From Porticoccaceae bacterium (GTDB lineage: Bacteria; Pseudomonadota; Gammaproteobacteria; Pseudomonadales; Porticoccaceae), in contig JAKFFI010000049.1 in the NCBI GenBank assembly GCA_036677085.1, forward strand, positions 12,974-36,973: a stretch of 24,000 nucleotides of DNA. Reading direction: 5' to 3'. The notes under the pieces are model-generated. The model saw nothing but the letters and a program-made list of their open reading frames with translations, made no database searches and was not told the DNA's origin. Made by a program: the position numbers and the translations under genes. How positions within the stretch are numbered: position 1 is the first letter of the stretch; the number at the start of each line of letters is the position of its first letter. Positions 8,362-16,223 of this stretch are shown in pieces.

Positions 8362-8504
8362 GAACGTGCTCCGCAAGCTAAACCGCCGGACACGGCCACA
8401 GCAGCGGAACCACAGACATTGTGACCCGGCGCGGCGACCGTGCGTCTGCGCTGCACGGCGAACCACGACGGCCCGCAGCAACGGTTACCCCGACCGTTAC
8501 ACGA

Positions 8505-8690
8505 CAACGCGGTTGTGGCAGGTCTCCTGGCTTCCGGGTCGGTGCGTCCGCCCGCCTTCCCGACCGAAGTCAGTGGCATCCGGGCGGCGCTCGCCGGGTA
8601 CAGTTGCGGAGACAGCTTCGATTGCGCAGCCACCGGGCCGCGGACGAATTCCCTCGGGGCCCTCGCGGGCACCACAACGGCGGGGATTCT
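8505..8690 (-). promoter_or_regulatory. Cobalamin (B12) riboswitch in the btuB leader
   Basis: The minus-strand RNA reads ...GUUGUGGUGCCCGCGAGGGCCCCGAGGGAAUUCG...CUCCGCAACUGUACCCGG...GAUGCCACUGACUUCGGUCGGGAAGGCGGG...GGAAGCCAGGAGACCUGCCACAAC. It contains a canonical B12 box AGCCAGGAGACCUGCC (plus-strand 8517-8534). It also has the GCCACUG, GGGAAGGC and CGCAACUGUA conserved blocks, and a P1 closure GUUGUGG/CCACAAC. Confidence 0.85.
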
Positions 8691-8723
8691 ACCAGCGCGC
8701 CGCTTGGCGCGCCGGTGACTTGA

Positions 8724-9962
8724 TCAGGACTCCGGCGAACAGAAGGCCACGCCCTCGCCGATCCAGCCGTTGGCGATCATGTGTCGATAGGTGTCCGCGC
8801 TAACGACAAAGCGATGGTTACTGTCCGACTCCGCGAAGCGATTGTTATAGAGTCGCCACACCGGCATAGTGCCGGCAGGGCACGAACCCTTGGTAGGCAC
8901 CAGCGCCCGGAGTGCGATGCCTTCATAGACCCAGCCGCTATCCGGCCGCTTGAGTAACTCGCACTCGCCAGGACCCGCGGTGTAAAAATGTGAATTGACC
9001 ACCGTCGAATAAAACCGGCACACCGGCTGCGCCGCCTCGGGTGCTGGGCTGTCGGCAGGCCATGCCTTGAAGCCCGCGTCCACAATCTGCCAACCGCCAC
9101 CCCCACCACCGGCCAGCAACGCCGCGTGCTCGGCCGCGCCAGCGGTGATGAAATAGTGTTTGATGGTGTCGTTGTAAAACGCATGAACCTGTTGGGGAGA
9201 CGGCACCGTGGCGACGATCAAATCCTGAACGCTCTCCTCCCGCACGCCGTTGGTACCGCGCGAGCGCACGCCAACCCGGTACTGTCCACCCGGGACACCT
9301 CCTATGGTCATAAACTGGGTGGTGGCGTCCGGGCATGGCTGTTGATCCGATACCGGAAAGTCCACAGTAATCGCGCGTGTGGCAAGGTCAACCTGCACAC
9401 TCAAGGCATCCCCGGTGGAACACGGAATTGACTGGTACAGGTGCCGGGAAAAGGTCTGGTAAGCCTGGGGCAGCGGCGGATCCTCAGGGAAACCCATGTA
9501 GGAGTCCACTCCCGCGAACACCACCCCCAGATGAGCCGCAACAGAACTCGCCGCCAGCACGGCCGCCTCCACCGAGGGGTAGGTCAACACCAGATAGCGG
9601 TGCAAGCGTTCGAGGGGATCGTCGGGGCTTAATAGCGCGCGCTCCTCAGGACTGCGCCGATCATCAGTGAGGAGGTAGCGTGCCGCACTGGGGTCCTGGA
9701 AGAAATCGGCCGCGACCAGATCGTGGGCATTGACTGCGTCCAGCACCGCCTGCTCACCCGTCGGCTGGGGGAGCGGGGTGGGCAGATTGGGCAACAAGGC
9801 ATCGAGGGCAGGGTCAGCGAAGTCGAGCATTACGACGACGGTATTGACACGATTTTGCCAGTCGACCAGGAACGGCGCAGGCTGATGTGCCGAGTGCGCG
9901 CACAGAGAAACAAAAAGCGCGCAACTGGCAACCATTGCCAGCATCTTGTTTCGTATTGCCAT
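8724..9962 (-). CDS. Secreted hypothetical protein with three C-terminal DUF5648-like repeats
   Basis: ATG at 9962 (internal to ORF 8724-10085) is preceded by GGAG. Signal peptide MAIRNKMLAMVASCALFVSLCAHSA. The C-terminal third has three modules: FYNDTIKHYFIT...GW, RFYSTVVNSHFYTAGPGECELL...GWVYEGIAL and RLYNNRF..SNHRFVVS...GWIGEGVAF. Confidence 0.65.
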   Translation of the reverse strand: MAIRNKMLAMVASCALFVSLCAHSAHQPAPFLVDWQNRVNTVVVMLDFADPALDALLPNLPTPLPQPTGEQAVLDAVNAHDLVAADFFQDPSAARYLLTDDRRSPEERALLSPDDPLERLHRYLVLTYPSVEAAVLAASSVAAHLGVVFAGVDSYMGFPEDPPLPQAYQTFSRHLYQSIPCSTGDALSVQVDLATRAITVDFPVSDQQPCPDATTQFMTIGGVPGGQYRVGVRSRGTNGVREESVQDLIVATVPSPQQVHAFYNDTIKHYFITAGAAEHAALLAGGGGGGWQIVDAGFKAWPADSPAPEAAQPVCRFYSTVVNSHFYTAGPGECELLKRPDSGWVYEGIALRALVPTKGSCPAGTMPVWRLYNNRFAESDSNHRFVVSADTYRHMIANGWIGEGVAFCSPES

Positions 9963-10209
9963 AGCGTCGCTCCATGTCCCGGTGGACTTGCCTAACAGAC
10001 CAATATTCCTGACCAACTCGCAACTTGGCGTGGGCTGGGCCAGCGCGACCAAGCGCTTACTCTTCCCCTGATTCTTGCCGCGCATTGTGACTGCTCGCTT
10101 GGATCACTTGGGTGAGCAAGCCACTCCAGACTCACACCAAGCCTAATGGAAAGTCGCATTGCTGCATACGTCTCCCCGGCACACCGCAGACAGAAAGGCA
10201 TCCGACTCC

Positions 10210-10320
10210 GCCACCGCCTGGGTCGATCTGTGGAAGCCGGAATACCACGGCCGCATCATGCTGACCAACGACGTGCGCGAGGTGTTCCACGGCGACCTGC
10301 GCGTACTGGGCTATTTCTGT
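10210..10320 (+). pseudogene. Relic fragment of a PotD-type periplasmic polyamine-binding protein gene
   Basis: Translation ATAWVDLWKPEYHGRIMLTNDVREVFHGDLRVLGYF closely parallels the E. coli PotD segment [34 protein letters not shown]. There is an in-frame stop about 70 nt upstream, the frame runs into the radA 3' end, and the rest of the roughly 350-aa protein is absent. Confidence 0.55.
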
Positions 10321-10333
10321 CGCCGCACCGTTA

Positions 10334-11701
10334 CTACCCATCGAGCGCGGCCAGCGCCTCGGCCAGATGGCGCACGCCGATCACTTCCATGCCCGCCGGC
10401 GCCTGCTTGGGAGCATTGCCGGCCGGGACGATCGCGCGGGTAAAGCCGTGCTTGGCCGCCTCCCGCAGCCGCTCCTGACCGCCGGGCACCGGACGAATCT
10501 CGCCGGCCAGGCCGATCTCGCCGAACGCCACCAGTTGCCGCGACAGCGGGCGGTCGCGAAAGCTCGACACCACCGCGAACAGCACAGCGAGATCGGCGCC
10601 GGTCTCCAGCACCCGCACGCCACCGACCACATTGGCGAACACGTCCTGGTCCCCCACCATCAGGCCGCCGTGACGGTGCAACACGGCGAGCAGCATGGCC
10701 AGCCGGTTGCCATCCAGCCCGACCGTCACCCGCCGGGGATTACCGAGCGCACTCGCATCCACCAGCGCCTGCACTTCGACCAGCAGCGGCCGGGTGCCTT
10801 CCCAGACCACCATCACCACACTGCCCGCGGCAGTCTCCTCGCCGCGCTGCAGGAAAATCGCCGAGGGGTTGGCGACCTCGCGCAGCCCGCGGTCGGTCAT
10901 GGCGAAGACGCCGAGCTCGTTGACCGCGCCGAAGCGGTTCTTGTGGCTGCGCAGGGTACGAAAGCGGCTGTCGTCGGAGGCTTCGAGCATCAGCGAACAG
11001 TCGATCATGTGTTCCAGCACCTTGGGCCCGGCGAGCGCGCCCTCCTTGGTGACATGGCCGACCAAGAACAGCACCATACCGGTCTGCTTGGCCAACCGCA
11101 CCAGTTGCGCGGCGCTCTCGCGCACCTGCGACACCGTGCCGGGCGCCGCGCTGAGTTCGGCGCAATGCAGCACCTGCACCGAGTCGACCACCATCACCCG
11201 GGGCGCGCGGCGCAACGCGGTTGCGCAGATGGTCTCGGTGGCGGTTTCTGCCATGATCTCGACCCGATCCAGGGGCAGGCCCAGGCGCCGGGCCCGCAGC
11301 GCGACCTGCTGGGGCGACTCCTCGCCGGTGACGTAGAGCGCCGGCACCCGCGCGCCGAGTTCGCACAGGACTTGAAGCAACAGGGTACTTTTGCCGGCGC
11401 CAGGCTCGCCGCCCATGAGCACGCAGGAGCCCGCCACCAGACCGCCACCCAGCACCAGATCCAGCTCCGCAAAGCCGGTGGCCAAGCGCGGCTCCGCCGC
11501 CACTTCGACATCCGCGAGGCGCACGATCGTGCCGTCTGCCGCGCCCGCGAAGCCGCGCGTCGCGCCACCGCCCGTGACCCCCGCGAGGCGGATTTCGGCG
11601 AGTGTATTCCAGGCGCCGCAATCCCCGCACTGGCCCTGCCACTTGGTGTACTCGGCGCCGCAGTCGCCGCAGACGTAGGCGCTCGCCGGTCTCTTCGCCA
11701 C
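10334..11701 (-). CDS. radA: DNA repair protein RadA/Sms
   Basis: 455 aa, with GTG start at 11701 preceded by GGGGGA. N-terminal zinc finger CGDCGAEYTKWQGQCGDCGAWNT, Walker A GGEPGAGKST, the KNRFG motif and a Lon-protease-like C-terminal domain. Confidence 0.95.
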   Translation of the reverse strand: MAKRPASAYVCGDCGAEYTKWQGQCGDCGAWNTLAEIRLAGVTGGGATRGFAGAADGTIVRLADVEVAAEPRLATGFAELDLVLGGGLVAGSCVLMGGEPGAGKSTLLLQVLCELGARVPALYVTGEESPQQVALRARRLGLPLDRVEIMAETATETICATALRRAPRVMVVDSVQVLHCAELSAAPGTVSQVRESAAQLVRLAKQTGMVLFLVGHVTKEGALAGPKVLEHMIDCSLMLEASDDSRFRTLRSHKNRFGAVNELGVFAMTDRGLREVANPSAIFLQRGEETAAGSVVMVVWEGTRPLLVEVQALVDASALGNPRRVTVGLDGNRLAMLLAVLHRHGGLMVGDQDVFANVVGGVRVLETGADLAVLFAVVSSFRDRPLSRQLVAFGEIGLAGEIRPVPGGQERLREAAKHGFTRAIVPAGNAPKQAPAGMEVIGVRHLAEALAALDG

Positions 11702-11953
11702 GCTTGCATCCCCCTGAATGCCGGCATCCTAGCAGGTTGCCAAAAAACTTCCGTGGCAGCCGTCTGCGTCGTTGGACGGTGCTCGCTCCCCCGCCTAGCG
11801 ACTTGATAGGTCTCGGTCGCTGCGCTCCGTGCGGCGCGCATCCGGCCAACTCGCAACGTTTTTCGGCAACCCGCCGTTCCCCACTGCCGACGCCTCTATA
11901 TCTGCCGACGGTCGGGGCGCGGTCCGCGACAGCGATCTGCTAAAGTATCCAGC

Positions 11954-13033
11954 ATGTCCCTGATCCCCGAAAAACCGCTGCTTTTCTTCCCCCATGTGGC
12001 GGTGACCCTGGGGCTGCACGAAGCCATCCTGCTGCAAACCCTCAAGGAAATTGCCTGCCACCAACCGGCCGAAGAGCGCAACGGCTTCCGGTGGGTCGAG
12101 ATTGCGGGGGCCAGCCTGCTGGCGCTCCTGCCCTTCTGGAACGAGGCGGAGTTGCAGCATCTCACCGCCAAACTGCGCGAACAGGGAATCCTGCTGATCG
12201 GCGGCGCGCCCCTGTCCGCGACCGGGCGCTGGCGCTTCGCCTTCAACGAGCAGCGCGCCGGCTCCGCCAGTGCCGCCCCGCGCGCCACCAACGTGCAGCC
12301 GATTCGCGGCGACTGGCAACCGGAGCGCGACCTGCTGGCGCAACTCGCCCAGTACGGTATCCCCGGCGCGTTCGCCCTCGCCCAGGTGCCCGAATTCGTC
12401 ACCTACTGGAGCGAACGCGGCGAGCCACGCCACAGCTGGGGTGCGAAATTCATCAAGCAGGTACTGCGCTGCTGGCGCGAACAGGAAACCGTGCAGACAC
12501 GCCGCGATCAGGAACAGCCCATGACGGCGGACTGGCAGCCCGGCGTCGATGCCATGGAAATCCTGGTCCGTGCCGGCATCAACCGCAATTTCATCGAAGA
12601 CGCCGTGCCCGAGTTCGTCCTCTACTGGCGCGACCGCGGTACCTTGTCGAACACTTGGAATTCCCAATTCGTCCAGCATGTGCGGCGCCAGTGGGCGCGC
12701 TACACCACCACGCTGGCCAACGACTCCACGCCCCGACCCATGGTCCCCGACTGGCGGCCCGACCCCGCGGTCTACGACGTGCTCGCCATGGCAGGCATCG
12801 GGCAGAGCTTCGGCGCCAGCCTGGTTCCGGAATTCATCCTCTACTGGCAGGAAAGTGGTGCCGTCCTCAACACCTGGAACACCAAGTTCTTGCAGTACGT
12901 CAAACGGCAATGGGCCCAACGCAACACCACGGCGGAAGTGCGACATGCAACACGGCAAGGACCTGGCAGAACAGGCAGCACGCGATCTCGCGACCTCGTC
13001 GACGAACTCAGCGACCGCAGTTGGGCCGGCTGA
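11954..13033 (+). CDS. DnaT-like ssDNA-binding repeat protein (N-terminal winged-helix-like domain plus three DnaT-type repeats)
   Basis: 359-aa ORF. It has three internal repeats of about 55 aa at roughly 73-aa spacing (nt about 12314-12916), with the pattern W(Q/R)P....... L...GI...F....VPEF(V/I).YW...G....(S/T)W..KF...V.R.W. This resembles the DnaT C-terminal DNA-binding domain. The tail reads ...DLVDELSDRSWAG. Confidence 0.65.
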   Translation: MSLIPEKPLLFFPHVAVTLGLHEAILLQTLKEIACHQPAEERNGFRWVEIAGASLLALLPFWNEAELQHLTAKLREQGILLIGGAPLSATGRWRFAFNEQRAGSASAAPRATNVQPIRGDWQPERDLLAQLAQYGIPGAFALAQVPEFVTYWSERGEPRHSWGAKFIKQVLRCWREQETVQTRRDQEQPMTADWQPGVDAMEILVRAGINRNFIEDAVPEFVLYWRDRGTLSNTWNSQFVQHVRRQWARYTTTLANDSTPRPMVPDWRPDPAVYDVLAMAGIGQSFGASLVPEFILYWQESGAVLNTWNTKFLQYVKRQWAQRNTTAEVRHATRQGPGRTGSTRSRDLVDELSDRSWAG

Positions 13034-13604
13034 ACGGTCGCCCCCCGATCCGGGGCTGATCGACGCCATCAACCAGGCGTTTGCGCTGTTCCGCGTCAAC
13101 TACCACAACCAGTTTTACAGCGCCTTTGCCGATACCACGTTGCTCGACCAGGCCAAGCGACTGTGGCTCGACAGCCTGCGCCATTTCGATCCCGGGCTGG
13201 TGCTCGCCGCCGCCCGCGCGCTGATCGAGCAGGAGGACTACCTTCCCACCCTGCGCAAGATGCTCGGCGCCTGCGAGGACCAGTTGGCCGCACGCGGCAT
13301 GCCGCGTCCCCGCGATGCCTACCGCGAAGCCTGCAACGCGCCCCGCCCCAAGGACGCCCAGCGCTGGTCGCACCCGGCGGTCTACCACGCCGGTCGCGCC
13401 CTGGGTTGGTACGACCTGGCAACGCGGCCCGAAAGCGTGACCTGGCCGGAATTTCAGCGCGCCTACCGCGACTGCTGCCGCCGCGCGCTCGCTGGCGAAG
13501 ACCTGAGCATTCCGGCGCCACCCGCGCCGACACCGGTGCCCGCACTCAGCCGGAAGGATGGCGCCAGGCGGCTGCACGAACTGCGCCGGCAACTGGAGTC
13601 CTGA
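12945..13604 (+). CDS. Phage lambda replication protein P-like protein
   Basis: ATG at 12945 (internal to ORF 12549-13604) overlaps the upstream gene by 89 nt. Translation INQAFALFRVNY...AKRLWLDSL...YLPTLRKMLGAC...GMPRPRDAYREAC...WSHPAVYHAG... aligns in order with lambda P (INGVFSQLL...RRQWVLAF...FLPSPGQFVAWC...GLPNVSELV...). The exact start is uncertain. Confidence 0.55.
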   Translation: MQHGKDLAEQAARDLATSSTNSATAVGPAERSPPDPGLIDAINQAFALFRVNYHNQFYSAFADTTLLDQAKRLWLDSLRHFDPGLVLAAARALIEQEDYLPTLRKMLGACEDQLAARGMPRPRDAYREACNAPRPKDAQRWSHPAVYHAGRALGWYDLATRPESVTWPEFQRAYRDCCRRALAGEDLSIPAPPAPTPVPALSRKDGARRLHELRRQLES

Positions 13605-13671
13605 CCCGGTGCGAACCGCCGTGCAGCCTGCCGCGACTGCTGGTCCGTTGCGCAACAGCACCGCGCGGCGC

Positions 13672-15384
13672 ATGGCCAAAACCATCTACAACGGCTTCCA
13701 CAGCTATTTCGCCGATTTTCAGAACATCACCATGGGAGCCAAGGCGCGTTTCGAAAAAGCCGACTGGCATGCGGTACAAAGCGCCAATCAGGGCCGCATC
13801 GAACTCTACAAAAGCAAGGTGCGAATGACCGCTGAGCTGCTCGGCACAGTGACCAACCGGGATGTCACTGAACTCGCACTCTGGCGCCAAGCCAAGGATG
13901 TCTACACCCGCCTGGTGGCCGGCGCACCGAACTTCGAAATCGCTGAAACCTTTTTCAACTCCGTGTTCGGTCTGATCAACGACCACGACAAGATCGACGA
14001 CGCGCTGATCTACGTGTTTTCGTCCCAGCACAAGCAGTTGCCCGGCAGCGAATACAGCATTTATGTTCGCTACGAAAATCAGGCCTCACCCCGCGCTCTG
14101 TTCCGGCAGATCCTGCTCGATACCGAGTTCTCGGTGCCCTGGGAAAACCTCGACCGGGATACCGACGCCATTGCCGCGGCCTTTACCGAGGAAGCCGAAC
14201 CCGAGATCGGCAGCAAGTTTCACCAGCTGAAATTCGATCTGCTGGAATCCGTGTTCTACCGCGGCAAGGCAGCCTATCTGGTCGGCCGTATCATCGACGG
14301 CTACCGTTCGCTACCGCTGGTACTGGCGGTACTCAACAACGAGGCCGGCGGACTGCTGATCGACGCCGCGATCTTCAACCGCGCCGAAATGAGTGTGATT
14401 TTCAGCTTCGCCCGCGCACATTTCATGGTCGATGCGCCCCTGCCCTATCAGTATCTGCATTTTCTCAAGCAGCTGTTGCCCCACAAGGGCGACTACGAAG
14501 TCTATACCAGCCTGGGCTTTACCAAACACGCCAAGACCGAGTTCTACCGGGAGTTCGTGCAGCACCTGAAAATCTCCCAGGACCAGTTCGTCACCGCCCC
14601 CGGCATCAAGGGCATGGTGATGACGGTCTTCACGCTCCCGTCCTACGACATCGTGTTCAAGGTGATCAAGGACCGCTTCGACTACCCCAAGGATGTCACT
14701 CGCGAAGTCGTGCGGGAAAAGTACCGCCTGGTGTCCCGCCACGACCGCATCGGCCGCATGGCCGACACCCAGGAATTTCACAACCTGACCTTTCCACTGC
14801 ACCGGTTTTCCCCCGCGCTGCTGGAAGAATTGCAAGCCACGGCGCCATCGCTGCTCCACATTGCAGGCGACCGGCTGATCATCCGCCACCTCTACACCGA
14901 GCGGCGCATGACGCCGCTCAACCTTTATCTCAAAACCGCCGATGAAGCGGAAACCCGCGGCGTTATCGACGAATACGGCAACGCCATCAAGCAGCTCGCG
15001 GCAGCCAACATTTTCCCCGGGGATATGCTGCTCAAGAATTTCGGCGTCACCCGCCATGGTCGCGTGGTGTTCTACGATTACGACGAAATCTGTTATTTGA
15101 CCGACTGCAACTTCCGCCGCCTGCCCGAACCCCAGAACGAGGAGCAGGCCTTGTCGGCAACGGCCTGGTACACAGTTGGCCCCAATGACATTTTTCCGGA
15201 GGAGTTCAGGCTGTTCTTTTCCGGCAATCCGCTGGCGCGAAAATTCTTCGAGGAACTTCACAGCGACATCTACACGCCGGAATTCTGGCAGGCTATCCAG
15301 GCGGAAATCCGTGGGGGCAAGATCGTGGACGTCTTCCCCTACCGCCGCAAGCGGCGCTTTTCCGAACGGGTGCGAGCAGCCTGA
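13672..15384 (+). CDS. aceK: Isocitrate dehydrogenase kinase/phosphatase
   Basis: ORF 13558-15384. The N-terminus IYNGFHSYFADFQNITMGAKARFEKADWHAVQ parallels E. coli AceK [32 protein letters not shown]. Similarity continues along the length, ending in FPYRRKRRF. ATG 13672 is chosen, but GTG 13609 is an alternative that would give a more typical N-terminal length. Confidence 0.9.
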   Translation: MAKTIYNGFHSYFADFQNITMGAKARFEKADWHAVQSANQGRIELYKSKVRMTAELLGTVTNRDVTELALWRQAKDVYTRLVAGAPNFEIAETFFNSVFGLINDHDKIDDALIYVFSSQHKQLPGSEYSIYVRYENQASPRALFRQILLDTEFSVPWENLDRDTDAIAAAFTEEAEPEIGSKFHQLKFDLLESVFYRGKAAYLVGRIIDGYRSLPLVLAVLNNEAGGLLIDAAIFNRAEMSVIFSFARAHFMVDAPLPYQYLHFLKQLLPHKGDYEVYTSLGFTKHAKTEFYREFVQHLKISQDQFVTAPGIKGMVMTVFTLPSYDIVFKVIKDRFDYPKDVTREVVREKYRLVSRHDRIGRMADTQEFHNLTFPLHRFSPALLEELQATAPSLLHIAGDRLIIRHLYTERRMTPLNLYLKTADEAETRGVIDEYGNAIKQLAAANIFPGDMLLKNFGVTRHGRVVFYDYDEICYLTDCNFRRLPEPQNEEQALSATAWYTVGPNDIFPEEFRLFFSGNPLARKFFEELHSDIYTPEFWQAIQAEIRGGKIVDVFPYRRKRRFSERVRAA

Positions 15385-15415
15385 AACCGCATTGGCTCTG
15401 AATCAGTCCGAGGGT

Positions 15416-15445
15416 CTGGCAAGCGCCAGGATTTTCATTATTTTC
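15416..15445 (+). terminator. Weak candidate intrinsic terminator after aceK
   Basis: Short stem ctggc/gccag (15416-15429, loop aagc) followed by the T-rich gattttcattatttt. The stem is only 5 bp. Confidence 0.25.
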
Positions 15446-15546
15446 ACGCTTGCGACGAATAGGTGCGCACTTTCGCCAGAACAGCGCGCCTTCGCCAGGA
15501 CAAAGCGCTAATTCTTTCTTTTCACCAGCCTGTCCATGTGAAAAAA

Positions 15547-16191
15547 CTAGTCCGTCTTTGGTTTCGGTTTGAAGATATTGCTACGGCCAGAGCCCCAAAT
15601 AAACACGCCGCAAAACGCGAACAACAGCACATAGTAAGCAACGTATTTGGCGTAATTCCCGCCCCCAACGTAGAACGGAAACACCGAGCGGTAACTCAAC
15701 CCGGTAGCTTGGTGGCGAGCTTCGATAATACCCACATAGCCGCCATTTTCCACAAAAGGATATCGAACGCTTATCGTGCCTGCTCTATACGATTTTGGCT
15801 CTTCGTAGAAAACTGTGGCTTTTTCTACCGCTTCCGGCCCCCCCAAGTCCTCGTAAATCGCCTTGCGACCGATATTTTTGACGTCGCGGACAATCCGAAA
15901 ATCGATGTCCATAACGCGCAGTTCGTCACTAATGAAATCGATTACAAAAATCGCCTTGGTGGCAATTGGAATATCTTCACAGAACTCCTGCGAAGCACGT
16001 TCCTGCGGGAGATAGCCGGTAAAGTGCGCGGTGTATGGCCCGATCTTTATCAAGCACACGTCATCTTCCATGGAGACGCCACCGTGGCCTAACGCGGCTG
16101 CCGACGCGAAGAGCAAGCTCATCCCTACCCACAGGCCAAGCGCCGATTGCAAGCCGCCCGGATGTGTACGATTTTTTTTGGTTCCAATCAT
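15547..16191 (-). CDS. Uncharacterised fourth gene of the CuMMO operon: signal peptide, periplasmic domain of about 150 aa, and C-terminal TM anchor (PmoD/AmoD-like architecture; homology not established)
   Basis: ORF 15547-16227. ATG at 16191 is the likely start; a TTG at 16227 overlaps the pmoB stop as TTGA. It is on the same strand as pmoB, 32 nt downstream. n-region MIGTKKNRT, h-region ALGLWVGMSLLFASAAALG, then HGGVSMEDDVC... The C-terminal helix is YVAYYVLLFAFCGVFIWGSG with a basic tail RSNIFKPKPKTD. It shares the lower GC and A/T-rich third codon positions of pmoCAB. Confidence 0.7.
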   Translation of the reverse strand: MIGTKKNRTHPGGLQSALGLWVGMSLLFASAAALGHGGVSMEDDVCLIKIGPYTAHFTGYLPQERASQEFCEDIPIATKAIFVIDFISDELRVMDIDFRIVRDVKNIGRKAIYEDLGGPEAVEKATVFYEEPKSYRAGTISVRYPFVENGGYVGIIEARHQATGLSYRSVFPFYVGGGNYAKYVAYYVLLFAFCGVFIWGSGRSNIFKPKPKTD

Positions 16192-16223
16192 GAGATAACC
16201 AGCACTCGCATCGCAAACCACCG

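Noticed and set aside
8362-8481. N-terminal 40-codon extension of the receptor ORF (start at 8481)
   Set aside because: The extension is Arg-rich, lacks a signal peptide and would be translated through the riboswitch expression platform. ATG 8361 gives a normal signal peptide and has a Shine-Dalgarno sequence.
10367-11806. 479-aa plus-strand ORF, with further ORFs at 10695-11336, 10740-11849 and 11194-11856, overlapping radA
   Set aside because: These are antisense or out of frame to the unambiguous radA gene. Their translations are Arg/Ala/Pro/Gly-rich low-complexity sequence typical of high-GC shadow ORFs, with no recognisable motifs.
11795-13099. 434-aa minus-strand ORF, and alternative-frame ORFs at 12091-13059 and 13008-13685, over the DnaT-like and P-like genes
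   Set aside because: They have no motifs. The sense frames show internally repeated, conserved-looking domains and sensible start signals.
14311-15261. 316-aa minus-strand ORF inside aceK
   Set aside because: It is antisense to a full-length AceK homologue and is a shadow ORF.
15463-16092. 209-aa plus-strand ORF opposite the fourth CuMMO gene, and plus-strand ORFs at 16342-17067, 17064-17435, 17630-17935 and 18402-18992 opposite pmoB, pmoA and pmoC
   Set aside because: The minus-strand genes have unmistakable CuMMO motifs or clean signal-peptide and TM architecture. The opposite-strand translations have no features.
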